DNA of 64,000 bases from Camelus ferus (Eukaryota): positions 111,106,001-111,170,000 of the forward strand of contig NC_045696.1 in assembly GCF_009834535.1 (NCBI RefSeq). Reading direction: 5' to 3'. The notes beneath the pieces are model-generated. The model saw nothing but the letters and a program-made list of their open reading frames with translations. It ran no database searches and was not told the DNA's origin. This document shows positions 24,582 through 37,067 of this stretch, piece by piece. The translations under genes and the position numbers were made by a program. Each line of letters opens with the position of its first letter. Position 1 is the stretch's first letter.

Positions 24582-27489
24582 CTTAAACGATTCACACTAG
24601 CTTCTGGTTCTTTTAATAGTGGAGAAGTTAGAGCCATAAAGAGAGATGGCTTTCCATTTACTGTCACTCATTCATGAAGCCCCTGCAATGTAGGGCTCTA
24701 TGTGGCCCTATGAAGTCTTGTGGCCTTAAAGTAATAATTTCCCTGGGTTGGAAGGAAAAAGTCTGGGACCTTGAGTAGTGCCCCTGCTGGGTCTATGTGA
24801 CCCCTTAGGTCATTTGGGACTATCCATGTTAACGAGTAGGGGCAAATGTGGGATGAGGAATTCAGGCCTTCCTTTTCCCTAAATTCTGATTCCCCTATTT
24901 GGATTTAGAAAAGGGTTGGGGAGGACATTTACAGCTGTGTGAGAAATGAGTTTGCCTCGAGTTGGCTTTGTCTGGGTCCCATCCAGCCAATTTGATGAAT
25001 CAGTGACAGCACATTGGGAAGCCAGGCTGACAAGAGCTCTGGAAGCTAAGAACATCCTGTAAAGGCAGTCACTGCCCCCTAGCCCACAGGATGGTCCTCG
25101 GCCCCTCAGGGTTCATGCTACGGCTCAAAGAAACAAATTCTCATCGTCTCTCCCTTCCCAGGACGTTGCATAAAGATCATTTCCTCCCTCTCTCCACTGG
25201 GAAGTCAGATCACGCACAGCACTGAGTGTGTTACCAAGGGGCTATTTGTGAAAGGAAAATGAATCCTCCCATCACGTCTTGAAGGAACAAGCAGCTTTTT
25301 AGAATCATAGATATTCTTTATTACAACTCTGTGACAATGTAGGAAACTTAAGTGCCTTCTGAATCTTCAAAGAAACTGCTGCTGACAGCCAGCGCTGTTT
25401 TCATCGTGTATATTGTTACGTTGTTCAGTTTCTGTGAAGACTGGGCAACAGTTTCTCAGGAGAGGCAGTCTGTGTCCTGTAAGGGACCCTGGATGGGGGG
25501 TGGAGCATGAGTGCTAATCGCCCAGCTTCCAAGGCTTTCAGTGCCAACACCTGAAAGATCAGTGGATGAGATCACCTCTAGGACTCTCCCATCCCCGACA
25601 TTCCAGGGGTCTACCTGAACCTGGAAGTAAGCAGCATTTGCCATTCTCCAACTGTGCCAGCCAGGTCAGAGGACTCACTGTATGAATCAAAAGTCTTGCA
25701 CCAGTAAGAAAAACCTACCCACATCCCAGACTGCCTTACGCTGGCTGATGTCAGAACAAGAATTATGGGGAAACAGAGAAGGACGTAAGAAAGAACAATG
25801 GCAGAGTTTGCAGATCAGTTCATTACAATTCCCCCAAGTGTTCTTGAAAGTTAAACCTTCCATTATGTAACTTCTTAAAATCACTTTCTCAAAAATGTTC
25901 CAGTTTGGGTTGGCATGTTTTATGATTTGCCTTGCTGCAGAGGTAAGTCCATGGTCAACAATGAGACTACATTTTCCTGGTATTTTTTAACTTAAAAAGT
26001 TGAGGTTAGAAGAATGATACCAAAGGAAGAGAGATGAGCAAAGAAGCTGTCATTTAGAGACTATTTAGAAGGTAAGAGGGGATGTGCCTTAGACAATAGT
26101 TAATTTCAAAAACCCTTACAGCCCTAAAATGGGTAGCTCTCCACGTATGTGAACACGTGCAAGGGTTTGGGAAACGAAGGCGTGTGCCGGGACCAAAGCC
26201 AGGGCACGCACATTGAGCCTTCTTCTGTACAGCGAGCTGTGAGCTTCGGGAAGCTCTCCCCGCTCCCTGGCATCATGCTCGGTTGGTCTAGTGGGTGGAA
26301 CAGCCCTATAAGTTGATGGGAAGAGCATTTCCTTTCAGTTCTGGTCATGAACGGGTCCTGGAGCCTGTTTGTTTAAAAAAAAAGAATTATATTTCTCCTC
26401 CAGTGATCTATATACTCCAACTCATGACAATTTTAAAAAGGTTTTTGTTTTTTCTTTTTAATGCACTTAAGGCACTATTAACTGAAAAATCTACAGGCAG
26501 GGAAAGCAATTAACCTAGGATGCAGTCTTAACTCTATGTGTGTGGAGGATTAGAAACTAAAATGTGGGTATTTACCTTTGATACATCTGAACAACCCTCG
26601 GAGGTCTGTCCTTGGCAGTTACTTTCACTTGACTAATGTAATTGGTCCGCAGGAAAATAAACTCTTACTAGGAAGCATATAAAGATGATTTTGGAAGAAG
26701 CAACCGGAAATGGATTATGTGATTTGTGAAAGCTTTTCTAAAAGGAACGTGACTCATACAGTCAAATAAACACACTCAATTTATTTAATATTTCAAAAGG
26801 GTCATCTTAGCAAAGACTTGATTTCCATATTCTTTAGCGGGGTGGGAGGGGGGAAGTGTATTCAGTCAGGCATCTTTCTATGGTAATACTTACAGAGATA
26901 CATTACAGCGTTGTCCTCCAGGGGGTGTTCAATCTTCAGCAGAGCTCCAGCACTGCTGAAAGGCATTCAAATCCAGTTAGCAGGACAGACAATCTGGCTT
27001 CCTCCTCCCTTGGATGCCTGAGTGCTCGGGCTCATATCCTGAATTTCACATCTCAGGCTCTTAGACTAGACCTTACACTTTTTAGTTAAGACCAACCATT
27101 GCTCTGAATGCCCGATCACAAGTCTTGGGTTGGCTGACCCTCAGGGCTCACGTGGAACCCTTTTGGAAGCTATGGGTATGGCTAGGAACTGCAGTGCTTC
27201 CCAAGGGCAGAAATGTGAGTCCTGGAGGCCCAGAGATAACCCAGTACTTAACTGGAGATGGCTGTGTGGGGCGAAATAGAAAAGGATCCCTCTTTCCTAC
27301 CTAAGGCCCCCAAAGGGCTGTTTTTTTGCTGTTATTTCTTAATGAAGCCATCACTTAGGAATCTGCAAACCTCTAGGTCGGGCGAACCAGCAACTTTAAG
27401 GCGGTGAAGTCTACAACTGCAAAGCATACAGTCCGGCGGCCAAGAGGTCCAGAGTGACTCACTGGGTTTCGGCATCTGCTATACTTCTT

Positions 27490-27640
27490 GTTAACTCCTG
27501 AATTAGCTGCTTAAACTCCTGTGTCTGATTCCTCATTCACCAAAGACTATCTCATAGGGGTAGCTGGAGGGTTAATTAAGACAACCCAAAGGAAGCACGT
27601 GGTCTACAGTAAGTGTTCCATAAACGTTATTAGTTACTTT
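27490..27640 (+). mobile_element. MIR fragment
   Basis: ctatctcataggggtagctggagggttaattaaga...cagtaagtgttccataaacgttatt. Confidence 0.6.
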
Positions 27641-28634
27641 TATTCCTGAGTCTGGAGTCCAGGTCCCTATGATGTGGCTCCAGCCTCGTCTCTCGCTTCC
27701 CCTTTATCCTACAAACCTCCGTATACTTTTGTCCCTTTGTTCCCTCTGTCTCCTCCACCTTCCTTACCTACATCACCATCTGATGAGATCCCACCCAAGT
27801 TTCAGAGATTCCTGGTAATTGCAGCTGAAAACCAGAGAAACACAACTGCCCACTCCAAGAACCACGTGAGCCTTCTCCTATCTCTGAACAGTATCAGGGA
27901 CACACTATCTTTATACACAGGTGCAGGCACTTGTCAAATGTATAGAGCTGTAACTTAACATGCGGGGATTTTTAATACGTAAATTGTACCTCTATAAACC
28001 AACCCAGTAAGAATGCAATGAGAAGACATCAGTCTTTGGAGACCGGAAGCCTTGGTTCAGATTTGCGTTCTGATGCTTTCTACCTAGACCTTCATGCACA
28101 GCTTCCTCCTCTGCAGGTGAGGTGTCTGTCGCATTCTCCGCTGGGAGGGAGCATTTGGAGACACGGTAATGGTACCCAAAGGGCTTGCACACAGTTGATG
28201 CCGCGTGATTACTGGGACCTGCTTTTTGGCATAGCAACATCTACATTTGTCACACATCTCTGTCCACCGGCAGGTGATCTTGAGGACAGAATATGGGCTG
28301 TCTTTTTCTTTTCCATGTGTCTAATATAGAGTAGAAGTGGCGTGTTTAGCTGAACACACTGACTTCTGGAAACAAACACCTAGAGGCAGCCCAGCCTCAG
28401 CCTCTGTGGGATGCCACACCATGTGTATCACCTGCGTTTGCTAAGGCTTAGTATTCTGAAGTCTGACAGATATTTAACTTGGCTGGTAATTCAGCCACGG
28501 CTCCCCAGTGTACAGCAGAGCTTAATAACATCTTTCATTGTGATAGCTGCTAGGTTCACAAGGGTCATCTGTTCCTCTGTAAAGCAATGGAATGACCGTA
28601 CTGTTCTCTTGACCAATAAGTCACTCTGTTTTCC

Positions 28635-28950
28635 ATGGTTCAAAGTTAAGCTTTTATTTGGTTTCAAATTAAAAAAATAAATTTCATTATTAAATAGTGA
28701 GATGGATCTAACTAACGTTGAGAGAGTAGCTTACTCAGGAATATACCACCAGGGGTACAATTAAGGGGTGGGTCACCTAAACTAAAATGACTTGTTAGGT
28801 TGTCATGTTTGTTAAAAGTTCAACAGTGGCATAATTCAAAAGAAACCGAGATACAAAGTTTTAAATGTTTACAATGGATGAGAGAATTAAACCACTTATT
28901 CTACTGCAGTTGCAAAGGGATTTCTTGGTCAGTGCCAGTCGGTGTGGACA
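28635..28950 (-). other. LRRC3B: LRRC3B 3' UTR (AU-rich)
   Basis: Follows the TAG; two ATTTA motifs on the minus strand (28691-28695, 28862-28866); ends shortly after an AATAAA. Cleavage site approximate. Confidence 0.75.
28653..28658 (-). terminator. LRRC3B: Polyadenylation signal AATAAA
   Basis: TTTATT on the plus strand ~290 nt past the stop codon, after a U-rich stretch in the mRNA. Confidence 0.8.
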
Positions 28951-29730
28951 CTACACCACGGTGCTAATGTCATCGGGTTCATCTGCCTTCTTTTGCCTGC
29001 TTGGCAGGGATTTCAAGTATTCAAGGTGTCTTCGTGCATCCTCCTGGTTTTGCCTCACGTAATACACCACGTAGGAGATCACCATGGTGAACCAGCCAAA
29101 CATGGTGACCAGCATGGCATAATCAGTCGTTTTTTTAGGGAGGTTACAGAGGTCAGCATCATTGGCAGCATTGAGGAACGGTCTGCCGGCGTGTTCGTCC
29201 AGCACGGAAGTCTTGCAGATCACATTGTGGGCGGTCTCGTGATTGGACGCCATGCTCCTCAGAACTTGCTGCAGGGTACAGTCACAGTGCCAGGGGTTGT
29301 TAGCGATTCTGGCCCTGGCCTTCAAGTTATTGAAGGCATTTTTGTGCACGCTTTGAATCCGGTTGTCAGACAAGTCCAGAGTCTGCAGAGTTTCGGCGAC
29401 TCCTTTGAAGGCGTGCTCGTCAATAAACTCAATGCCGTTTTTGGACAGGTTGAGAACCCTTAGCTGATGGAGGTCCTTAAAAATCTCATTGGGGATAGAT
29501 GTGATCTGATTGGAGTCCAGGTACAGTAAGACTGTTTCAGGAGGAAGATCTCTAGGTATTTCCTTGAGATTTGCATTGCTACAGGTGACATTTAAACCCC
29601 CAGAGGAAGAACAAAGACAGCCCTTGGGACACATGCTGGCGGAATGGAAGCACAGTATCATAAGAACAAAACTTTGTAGGAGGAGACACATGGAGAGGGA
29701 ACGGGTTAACCACAGGTCTACCAGATTCAT
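28951..29730 (-). CDS. LRRC3B: Leucine-rich repeat-containing protein 3B, complete intronless CDS, 259 aa (type I membrane LRR protein)
   Basis: ATG..TAG ORF with signal-like N-terminus, LRRNT (CPKGCLC), LRR motifs (LLYLDSNQI, LRVLNLSKNGI, LQTLDLSDNRI), LRRCT (NPWHCDC), TM segment (YAMLVTMFGWFTMVISYVVYYV) and C-terminus DDISTVV. Matches mammalian LRRC3B as I recall it. Confidence 0.98.
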   Translation of the reverse strand: MNLVDLWLTRSLSMCLLLQSFVLMILCFHSASMCPKGCLCSSSGGLNVTCSNANLKEIPRDLPPETVLLYLDSNQITSIPNEIFKDLHQLRVLNLSKNGIEFIDEHAFKGVAETLQTLDLSDNRIQSVHKNAFNNLKARARIANNPWHCDCTLQQVLRSMASNHETAHNVICKTSVLDEHAGRPFLNAANDADLCNLPKKTTDYAMLVTMFGWFTMVISYVVYYVRQNQEDARRHLEYLKSLPSRQKKADEPDDISTVV

Positions 29731-29767
29731 GCTGGAATGTCAGCATAATCACAAGCCCATTCCTCAT
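29579..29767 (-). other. Out-of-frame overlapping uORF (62 aa, MRNGLVIMLTFQHES...)
   Basis: Starts 37 nt before the main ATG, has a second ATG in the same frame at 29746, and overlaps the first 152 nt of the CDS. Confidence 0.5.
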
Positions 29768-29894
29768 TTATTCCAACAGGCAAGCGTGGTGACGGCCCCA
29801 GCTCTGTCCACACTGTTGACTTCCTTCTCGCGTAGTTCACAGGGCTGCAACTAACACACGCGTCTCTTCATTATTCCTGTCCTCGCTTGGGTAC
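29731..29894 (-). other. LRRC3B: 5' UTR part of the LRRC3B coding exon (164 nt)
   Basis: Lies between the splice acceptor and the ATG at 29730; resembles the human LRRC3B mRNA leader from memory. Confidence 0.8.
29851..29871 (-). other. uORF MKRRVC* in LRRC3B 5' UTR
   Basis: ATG AAG AGA CGC GTG TGT TAG on the minus strand, A at -3. Confidence 0.6.
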
Positions 29895-29925
29895 CTAAAG
29901 GAAAGGGAAGCAGATGCAATCAGCT
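29895..29925 (-). promoter_or_regulatory. LRRC3B: 3' splice acceptor with polypyrimidine tract and candidate branch point
   Basis: Minus strand reads CTGATTGCATCTGCTTCCCTTTCCTTTAG|GTACCC; AG at 29896-29895; CTGAT branch A ~25 nt upstream. Confidence 0.85.
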
Positions 29926-30849
29926 CTTTTGCAAAGGGAGGCACAGTGCAATTAAAAATGCTCTCAGGTATCTGGCCTTGTGTGTGGGCAGGAGAGTTGG
30001 TTATGCAGGTAATTTCCACCCATACCACTGGGAGTTACCTGTGCAATGGGAGTCTCCTGCTCAAATCCCAGATGTTGGAAGAGTGTCAATAAATGACAGC
30101 ATTTCCAAATTATGCCGCCTTGTTTTTAGTTGGGCAGAATTAGAGCAAATAGTCTAGATTTCTCTTGTCTCTACTGGCTGTCACCACATTCTGAACCCTT
30201 TATCTAAATTCTACAATAATACAATGTAACTACCCTTCTTTCCTTCTTCCTACAATAACAGGCCCGTCAATGCAAGTGAGCCCTGCACTTGGGCAGCAAT
30301 GAGAAATAATACTGATGCTTCACAGGTAATGGACCATGGATAACAATATCTTTCATAGCTTTTGAATGGATGTTCAGTTTGGAGTACCTTCTCTAAAGAA
30401 ATATCTTACTTGAATTGCAGAATAAATGAGCGCATTCCAACCTCCACAACAAAATGTTCTTGGGACCTATAGCCTGGAATCTCCAAAAGAGCTGCCTCCC
30501 TTGTGACGTCTTGAGATTACATTGTACCTGGAAGGATGTCCTTAACTGAATGTCCAAAGGATTCTCTCCATTTTCTAAACAATGCATCACGTCCCCAATA
30601 GGTCTTCAAGTAGGACATGCAGCTCCAAGCCATTTTTTAAAAAATATAATAGAGAATTTAGAAATACTAGCCTCTAAGACTTCCTCAATATCCTCTTTTT
30701 TCCTTCCAATCATATACATATTATTAGTGTCGGAAACAGCCTCAGAAATTGCAAAAAATTAGTGACATGAGCAAGGTTATAAACTTACCCCAAAATAGAG
30801 ATGTGAATATAAGTTAACATTCAAAACTACTCTCTCATACAAAAAGGAC

Positions 30850-30990
30850 AGGCATCCTCACAGACTAGGTGAGTGGATCTTGGAGGGATTAAGTGACTTG
30901 CCCAAGGTCAAGCAGCCTGTAGGCGGCAGAGGCAGGAACCAAGCCAAAGACTTTGCTCTGACTCATTAATGCCATAACTCTTTGTACTAC
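30850..30990 (-). mobile_element. MIR fragment
   Basis: gattaagtgacttgcccaaggtcaagcagcctgtaggcggcagaggcagga. Confidence 0.75.
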
Positions 30991-31929
30991 CGGACAGCTC
31001 CTTTCCAATTTCATCTGCTCCATTAGGACAATCAGGGTCCAGGCACTGCTGTGACTTCTGCTGCTGCTGTGTGGCAGATCAGTCCCAAACTGAGGACCCC
31101 ATGGAGCCCAGTGAAGGGGCTCTCTGCACTGTGGAGGGAATCCATGCCTGACTTCAGAGGATTCTCTCTCAGGATCCGAGAAACAAGGAGAACATTATCC
31201 TCTTGCAGCAGTGAGCAACAGACTCACTCTTGGCGAACTTTTCTTTTCTAAAGATCCCAGATGGGCAAATACAGAGGAAAAATGACTCCAAGCGTTACCA
31301 AACTCACAGAAAAGATTAATGTGAGCTGAAAACATAATGAACAGGTTGTTGATCATGGAAAAAAAAAGTAAGATTAGCAACAGCAGAATGAAGTGGATGT
31401 GCTTTTGGAACCTCGAGTCTCTCAAATGCCAGAGATGCTACAGAAGGACCCTAGGCTTACTAAGCCATCCATCAACAGCTCATTCCATCGGCAGTGAACG
31501 TTTACCTCCCTTTCATGTTTTCCTTCAAAACTTCATTGATGGCATTTGGGGACTGTAGACATCGTCCAGATGGGAGAGAAAAAAATAAACAGGCATGGAG
31601 GGGAGGACTCTCAGAGAAGAAGAAGGGTGGCAGAGGAACAAGGAAAAGGTTGCTTCAGAGGAGGACATAAGAAGGACATAGGAGATGGGAGAAATAAATG
31701 GATTAGAGAAAATAAAGGAAGTCCATGTCCTCGAGCAACTTCCACTGGCTGAGTCTGTGCCAGCTGCCTGAATCCTGCTGGGAGGTGGAAAGCCTTCTCG
31801 GGAGGACACTCCACTTCTCCAGAGGTGGATTCTGAGTCTACCTGAAGAAAAGTGTTCTCTAAGTTAGACGATGAGCTCTGTGAGGGCAGGGAGTTGCTTC
31901 TGCCTCATGCAGAAACAATAGCAAACAAT

Positions 31930-32135
31930 TAAGAAGTGGAAAGTACACTGGGTTTTATCTCAGCTTTAATCCCCATTAGCAGTGTGCTCCTGGGCAGCCT
32001 TACACCCCCTCATCTTCATACAGTGATGACAAAAGCACCGGGGACAATGCTGACTTGAGAATTACATGAAGATGCATGTCGAGTCTTTAGCACAATGCCT
32101 AACAGGTCATAAGCACCCGATACGTGTTAGCGATG
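31930..32135 (+). mobile_element. MIR SINE
   Basis: ctttagcacaatgcctaacaggtcataagcacccgatacgtgttagc. Confidence 0.6.
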
Positions 32136-33779
32136 GCTGCTATGACTTTGTCAGATACATTCCCAACTCCTACCCTAGTGCTTGACATGTAGTAAGGACT
32201 AGAACCAATGAAGTATTGAAGAATCTAGCTACGCTTTTCCTTCTCTATGGTAATTATTTTTATTATGTTGAACATAAACATTGATTCATCAAATGCATCT
32301 TGATTTTACATATCAAAATGGTGACCTTTGAGAAAATCATGAGTGCAGACTCCTAGTTCATAGAAGGAAGAATAGAACGTCTTCTCAGTACACATCTTTA
32401 GACTTAATCATTGTTTGTCCAGAATGATCAGTCCAAAGGTCATGGTCACAGATAAGAAGTGCTTAGGACACACGTTGAGTTTTCAACATCAGAGTGTAGT
32501 TCTTCTGGAGAGGAAATCCTTCATGCCCCAAACGGTCCGCTTATACACTGGATGGAATGCCCACTGGGAGCACAAACACTGAGTAGTCCTTGTGTTCAAA
32601 GATGTTGGATTCAAATGAACTATTTCATTTTCTCTCTGAGATTGATAAAAGGGGAACAAAATCTCCTGGGAATGGCTAGATTGCTGGGCTGCTATGACTC
32701 AAACTCTGGAGCCTCCACGCAGTCCAGGACAACGTGACAAGAGATGCAGGATGTAGAGAAATGAGCCCTGGGATATCCAAAGACATCAGGCCATGGTTAC
32801 CTTCAGCAGGGAGGGGAGGAGAGCTGCCTCTCCACCCTGTTGTGCTGAGTTACTATTTTCCGAAGGGTTTATCAGCTTGGCAACGCCTTAAACTACTGGA
32901 TAGGTAAACAGTGGCTCCCAGAAAAGCAAGCCAGGGGGAGATGTGCCTCAGAGGCAAAAAAATGAGCATTCTTCTGACATCAGTTATCATCCTGCAGGGT
33001 ACAGAGCTAAAGAGGAGACCGTAAACTTAAACCATTTTCTGCTCTGTTCCCAGTCACGTCTACCCACAAATTCAAAGTAGCAAATAAGCCATCTTGTTAG
33101 GGAAAAAAAAAAAAAAAGCCTCCTTACTAACGTCAGGATGAGTGTGTAGAACACAAAGGCTTGGGGTCCCACTGGTGATGGCAGTGACGGCAGCGGCAGT
33201 CACTGTCTGTCCTCCTGATAAGGAATAAGACCCACCGAAGGGACAGACCAAATTAAACAGCATCGTTCCTACCTGCTAACTCCCCGTCTGCAATTCTCAA
33301 CCCATGAGACTCATTCCCTTCAAATGTGTCTGGGGCGATCAGGAAGCTACAGTGTTTCCAGATAGGCTGTTCTGGCCTGAGCTGTGCCCCAAAGAGGATC
33401 AGTTTTCCCCTGTACTCATGCCTTGCTCACATTTTCCTTTCACACAAGTTTCTGAGCTACACCAAGTAATGCTGAGATTAGGTGGCAAACATCAAACACT
33501 ATTTCCAGAAGAAAAGCAAAAACGCACTTCGCAGCCTGCCTGAGAAGACAGTTCTTTCAGTGGCTGATTTAAAAACTCTATCTCGCTTCCTGTTTCTTTC
33601 TTATCATCATTAGGGGATACGAAGGGACACTCAGGGCTTCATGAACTCTTCTGAGATAACTGAACGCTCCAATTCAGAGAGAAACACCAGCCACACCAAC
33701 CCTCCAATTACACCCCGTGCAACGCTGCTACCGAACAGAAGGATTTGATTAAAACACACAAAAAATAGCAAAACAGGAA

Positions 33780-34195
33780 AGGCTTTCAATTCAGGACATA
33801 AAATTCAAATCAATAAGACAAAACATAAATTTAAGTACTTAAAATGAAGACTTCCGTACGGCAAACTTACAAAATGAAAGGGCCGATGATAAAATAAAGG
33901 GATGGTTTCTCTAATACACAAGGTCTTACAGAGGAGTAATAACGTGATTCAATGGTAAAATGGGCAGAAAAACAATATATATACATGGTCAACAAATTAT
34001 ATGAAAAGATTCTTGATCTCACTGACAGTAAAATAAATTCAAGTTAAAGTACCTCTCATCTTGGTTAAAATTAGGAAGAATGTCCAGTGTCAATGAAAGG
34101 GTGAAGCACACAGCACTCTCAAACCCTGGGTGAGAGGGTAGATGGGACACTTTTTTCTGAAGGAGAAATTTAGAATTATCTATTAAAAATTTAAA
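33780..34195 (+). mobile_element. Old L1M (L1ME-like) ORF2 3' fragment
   Basis: aaaatgggcaga...ggtcaacaaattatatgaaaagattcttgatctcact...cactctcaaaccctgggtgagag. Confidence 0.6.
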
Positions 34196-34219
34196 ATTTG
34201 AGATGAGTTAGATTGACGT

Positions 34220-35254
34220 ATTGAGGTAAAGATCTCCAAAGATGACCCCAAAAGCAGCTTGAAAAAAGAGTTAAAAAGGGATTATAGAGTAAGGCTGACA
34301 TAAGAAAATGTGGGGAGAGGATGACCGTGTCCCAGGGGTCAGCTGGGTCCCTGGGAGGCACCCCACCAAGTGTGGGTCCTTGGCTTCATGCAGGAAAGAA
34401 GTCAAGAGCGAGCCACAGTTGAGTAAAGGTAGATTTATTCAGAGAGATGCATACTCCGTAGACAGAGTAGAGACTGTTTCAAAGGCAAGAGAAAGGCCAA
34501 GAGATGTGGGGGTTGGGTGCTCAGTTTAAAGTAAAAGTAGATACACACTCCATAGACAGAGTGCAGGAGAGCGGCCATGAGGTGTGGGGTTTTGAGTTTT
34601 TATGGGCTGGGTAACTTCATATGCTAACAAGTGGGAAGATTATTGCAACTACTTTGGGGAGGGGGCCTGGATTCCCAGGACCTGGGCCATCACTCACCCT
34701 CTGACCTTTCATGGTCAGCCTTGAAACTGTCCTGGCGCCTGTGGGAGGACCCTTAGCAGCTACTGTATTTCCATGTGGGTATATTGAAGCTCAAGGTCTA
34801 CTGGGAGCTGAACCTCCTACCATCTTGGTCCTAATTGTTGTGTCATTCTTTTAATGTCTGTGCCCTGCCCCTTTCCCCCCATCTCAAAACTACAAGGTGT
34901 AGTTTGCAGGCCCAAACTATCCAGGTTTTGATCGATAACTGCCAGCTTTCCTGATCTTTGTTCCTGCTTCCAATTTAGGACCAACCTGAGAAAACCGAAT
35001 CTGCTGCTATACCCATCACGTAGGAAGCCAGGGTTCCCGTGAGCCTGCCTCCAGCTTCCCCACGCCAAGGGCCTCCAGTCAAGGCATATTTGAAGCCTTT
35101 CTTTTTTTCCACTTTTTAAAGCTTTTACACACCCCTGCCTGCATTTGAATTTTTGCCAAAGGCAAGGGATGGTGGCTAACTCCCTTGCTATAGAAAGCTT
35201 TGAATAAATAGCCTTTGCCTGTTCTTATTTGGGTAGTTCTCATTTATTTCCACA
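34220..35254 (+). mobile_element. Older ERV1-class solo LTR interrupted by a MER41-like LTR
   Basis: 3' part has AATAAA (35203-35208) and ends ...tttatttccACA; left boundary uncertain. Confidence 0.6.
34296..34886 (-). mobile_element. MER41-like ERV1 solo LTR, copy 1
   Basis: TG...CA termini; minus-strand AATAAA (34434-34439) and CCCATAAAAA TATA-like box (~34600); catatgctaacaagtggg / aactgtcctggcgcctgtgg / ccatcttgg blocks resemble MER41. Confidence 0.75.
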
Positions 35255-35479
35255 AAGACTAAAGTTTGAGTACATGATCTCTTCAATGCAATATTTACAA
35301 AATTAGCTTTACAGCCGATTACAGAAATGATATACTGATTGCTCTACTTGCTCAGGTTTCCTATAAACTAAGTGTGGGTTGCATAAGCCATCAATCTGTA
35401 TAATTCCTGACCAAAAAATTAGGGGAAAAGTACTGGGACTTGAATAATTCAAGTGAATGAACTGTAGCGGTAATTTTCT

Positions 35480-35960
35480 CTACTGGTGCTCTTTGAGATC
35501 ATGCTTGTCAGTACAACTCCTTAATTCACATCTTTAGCACTGAGACCTGCCACGGATTTTACTTCTACATTTTCATGCACAACCTCTGATCACCAAGATT
35601 CCACCAGGGCTTCAAACCGGGCATACCTAAAAGCAAGGTCGTTTTCACCCTCCAGCCCCAGCCAGCCACCTTCCTCCTCTACCACAAACCACCTGCTCTT
35701 CCCTCCTGATTTCCTGAAAAGTTTTCGTTTTCATTCTCCCTTGTCCTTCTCCCTTCCTTTGCATTCCCACTGCCTCTTTGCCACTCAAACCTCCAACATC
35801 TTGTTCTGAAAGAAAGCAAAAGCCTCATTCCTGGGCTGTCTGTGCACAGTCTCTCTCTGCTTCCATTCTCCGAATGTCTAATTAAAGTAACTGACCCTGT
35901 CATCTCACTGGTCAAAAAGCTTTACTGACTCCCTGTTGCTGCTCATAACAATCTTCCTTC
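35480..35960 (+). mobile_element. L2 fragment
   Basis: ctgaccctgtcatctcactggtcaaaaagctttactgactccctgttgc. Confidence 0.55.
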
Positions 35961-36829
35961 TCCCATCTCATCTCCTCCCACACTTCCTTACATGGACACA
36001 CAAAGCTGAGCTCAATGAACGTAGATCAATGGTTAGAAAGATATTGGTGAATGCCACTTCATCCCACACATATGAGATTTATCAGAAACCATCCCAACTG
36101 AAGACCTCCACAGCTTGGAATAGCTTTCCTGTTGGTTTCAATTCTGACTATGAAGATCTGGGCCCATGAGTCATCTAGCTGGTCCATTAATAACAGCAGC
36201 TATGCTCACTTAGCTAAGAATATGAGCTGGAAAGACAGACACAGGAAGAATTGGGAACGCTTATATTTAAAAGGAGTATGTTCCGCTTGCACATCCAGAA
36301 TTCCGTGGGTCAGGGAGCTCCCGAAATCTCCAAACTCTCCCTTCTCTGGTATCCTAGCCTCTGTAACGTTATTTACTATCTTCAACTCAAAGTTGTTTAT
36401 CTTAACTACTGTTTCTCTTAACTACTAGACCATGAGCTTTCAGCGTGTTGGTCGGGGTCTTACCCATTTTAACAACCTCATGTTGCCCATAGGGAGAAGG
36501 AGGGGCGAGGAGAAAAAAACCAAGCTGCCTACCACACCCCCTCCCTTCCCTTTCCCTTTGAGCATGAAACAAGGAAGGGAGGAAAATAACTGACTATGTA
36601 ACGAAATTCAGAGTAATGATTGCTTTCTTGGACTAGATATTTAAATGATCACATTTACTTTTTACTTTGGCTTAAATTAATTGAGTTGGTGACTTAAAGT
36701 AATAGTAGGACAACCTAAGACTAAGCACAAGTTCTGGGGCTGACAGATGTTTTCATTCAGGGTCTAGAGGGTGATCACCTGCACAGAACAGGGATTAAAG
36801 GACTGGTGGGTGCAAAAAAGCAGCTGCAT

Positions 36830-37010
36830 TTTATCCTGGATACACATGTATCACCTTATACAATCCTCACTACAACCCTGAGAGGTACCAATTGCGACCT
36901 TTGTACAGATGAGCAAATTGAGGCATAAGGAGGTTACATAACCTGCCTACTGTCCTAGCTGCTTAGCGATAAGAGGCAAGATCTGAGCTCACGTCCTTTG
37001 GCTTCCAGAG
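36830..37010 (-). mobile_element. MIR SINE
   Basis: aatcctcactacaaccctgagaggta...tacagatgagcaaattgaggcataaggaggttacataacctgcc. Confidence 0.8.
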
Positions 37011-37067
37011 TCGGTGTGGTCAAATATGGCACCACATCCCCCTTTACAGATAAACTATCCATCATGA

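Noticed and set aside
28942..29463. 173-aa plus-strand ORF (and 114-aa ORF 29510..29854)
   Set aside because: Antisense shadows of the LRRC3B CDS with non-ATG starts and no recognisable domain.
29889..29912. AG|GT at the acceptor as a recursive splice site
   Set aside because: GTACCC is a weak donor and this is the terminal exon with no downstream acceptor evident.
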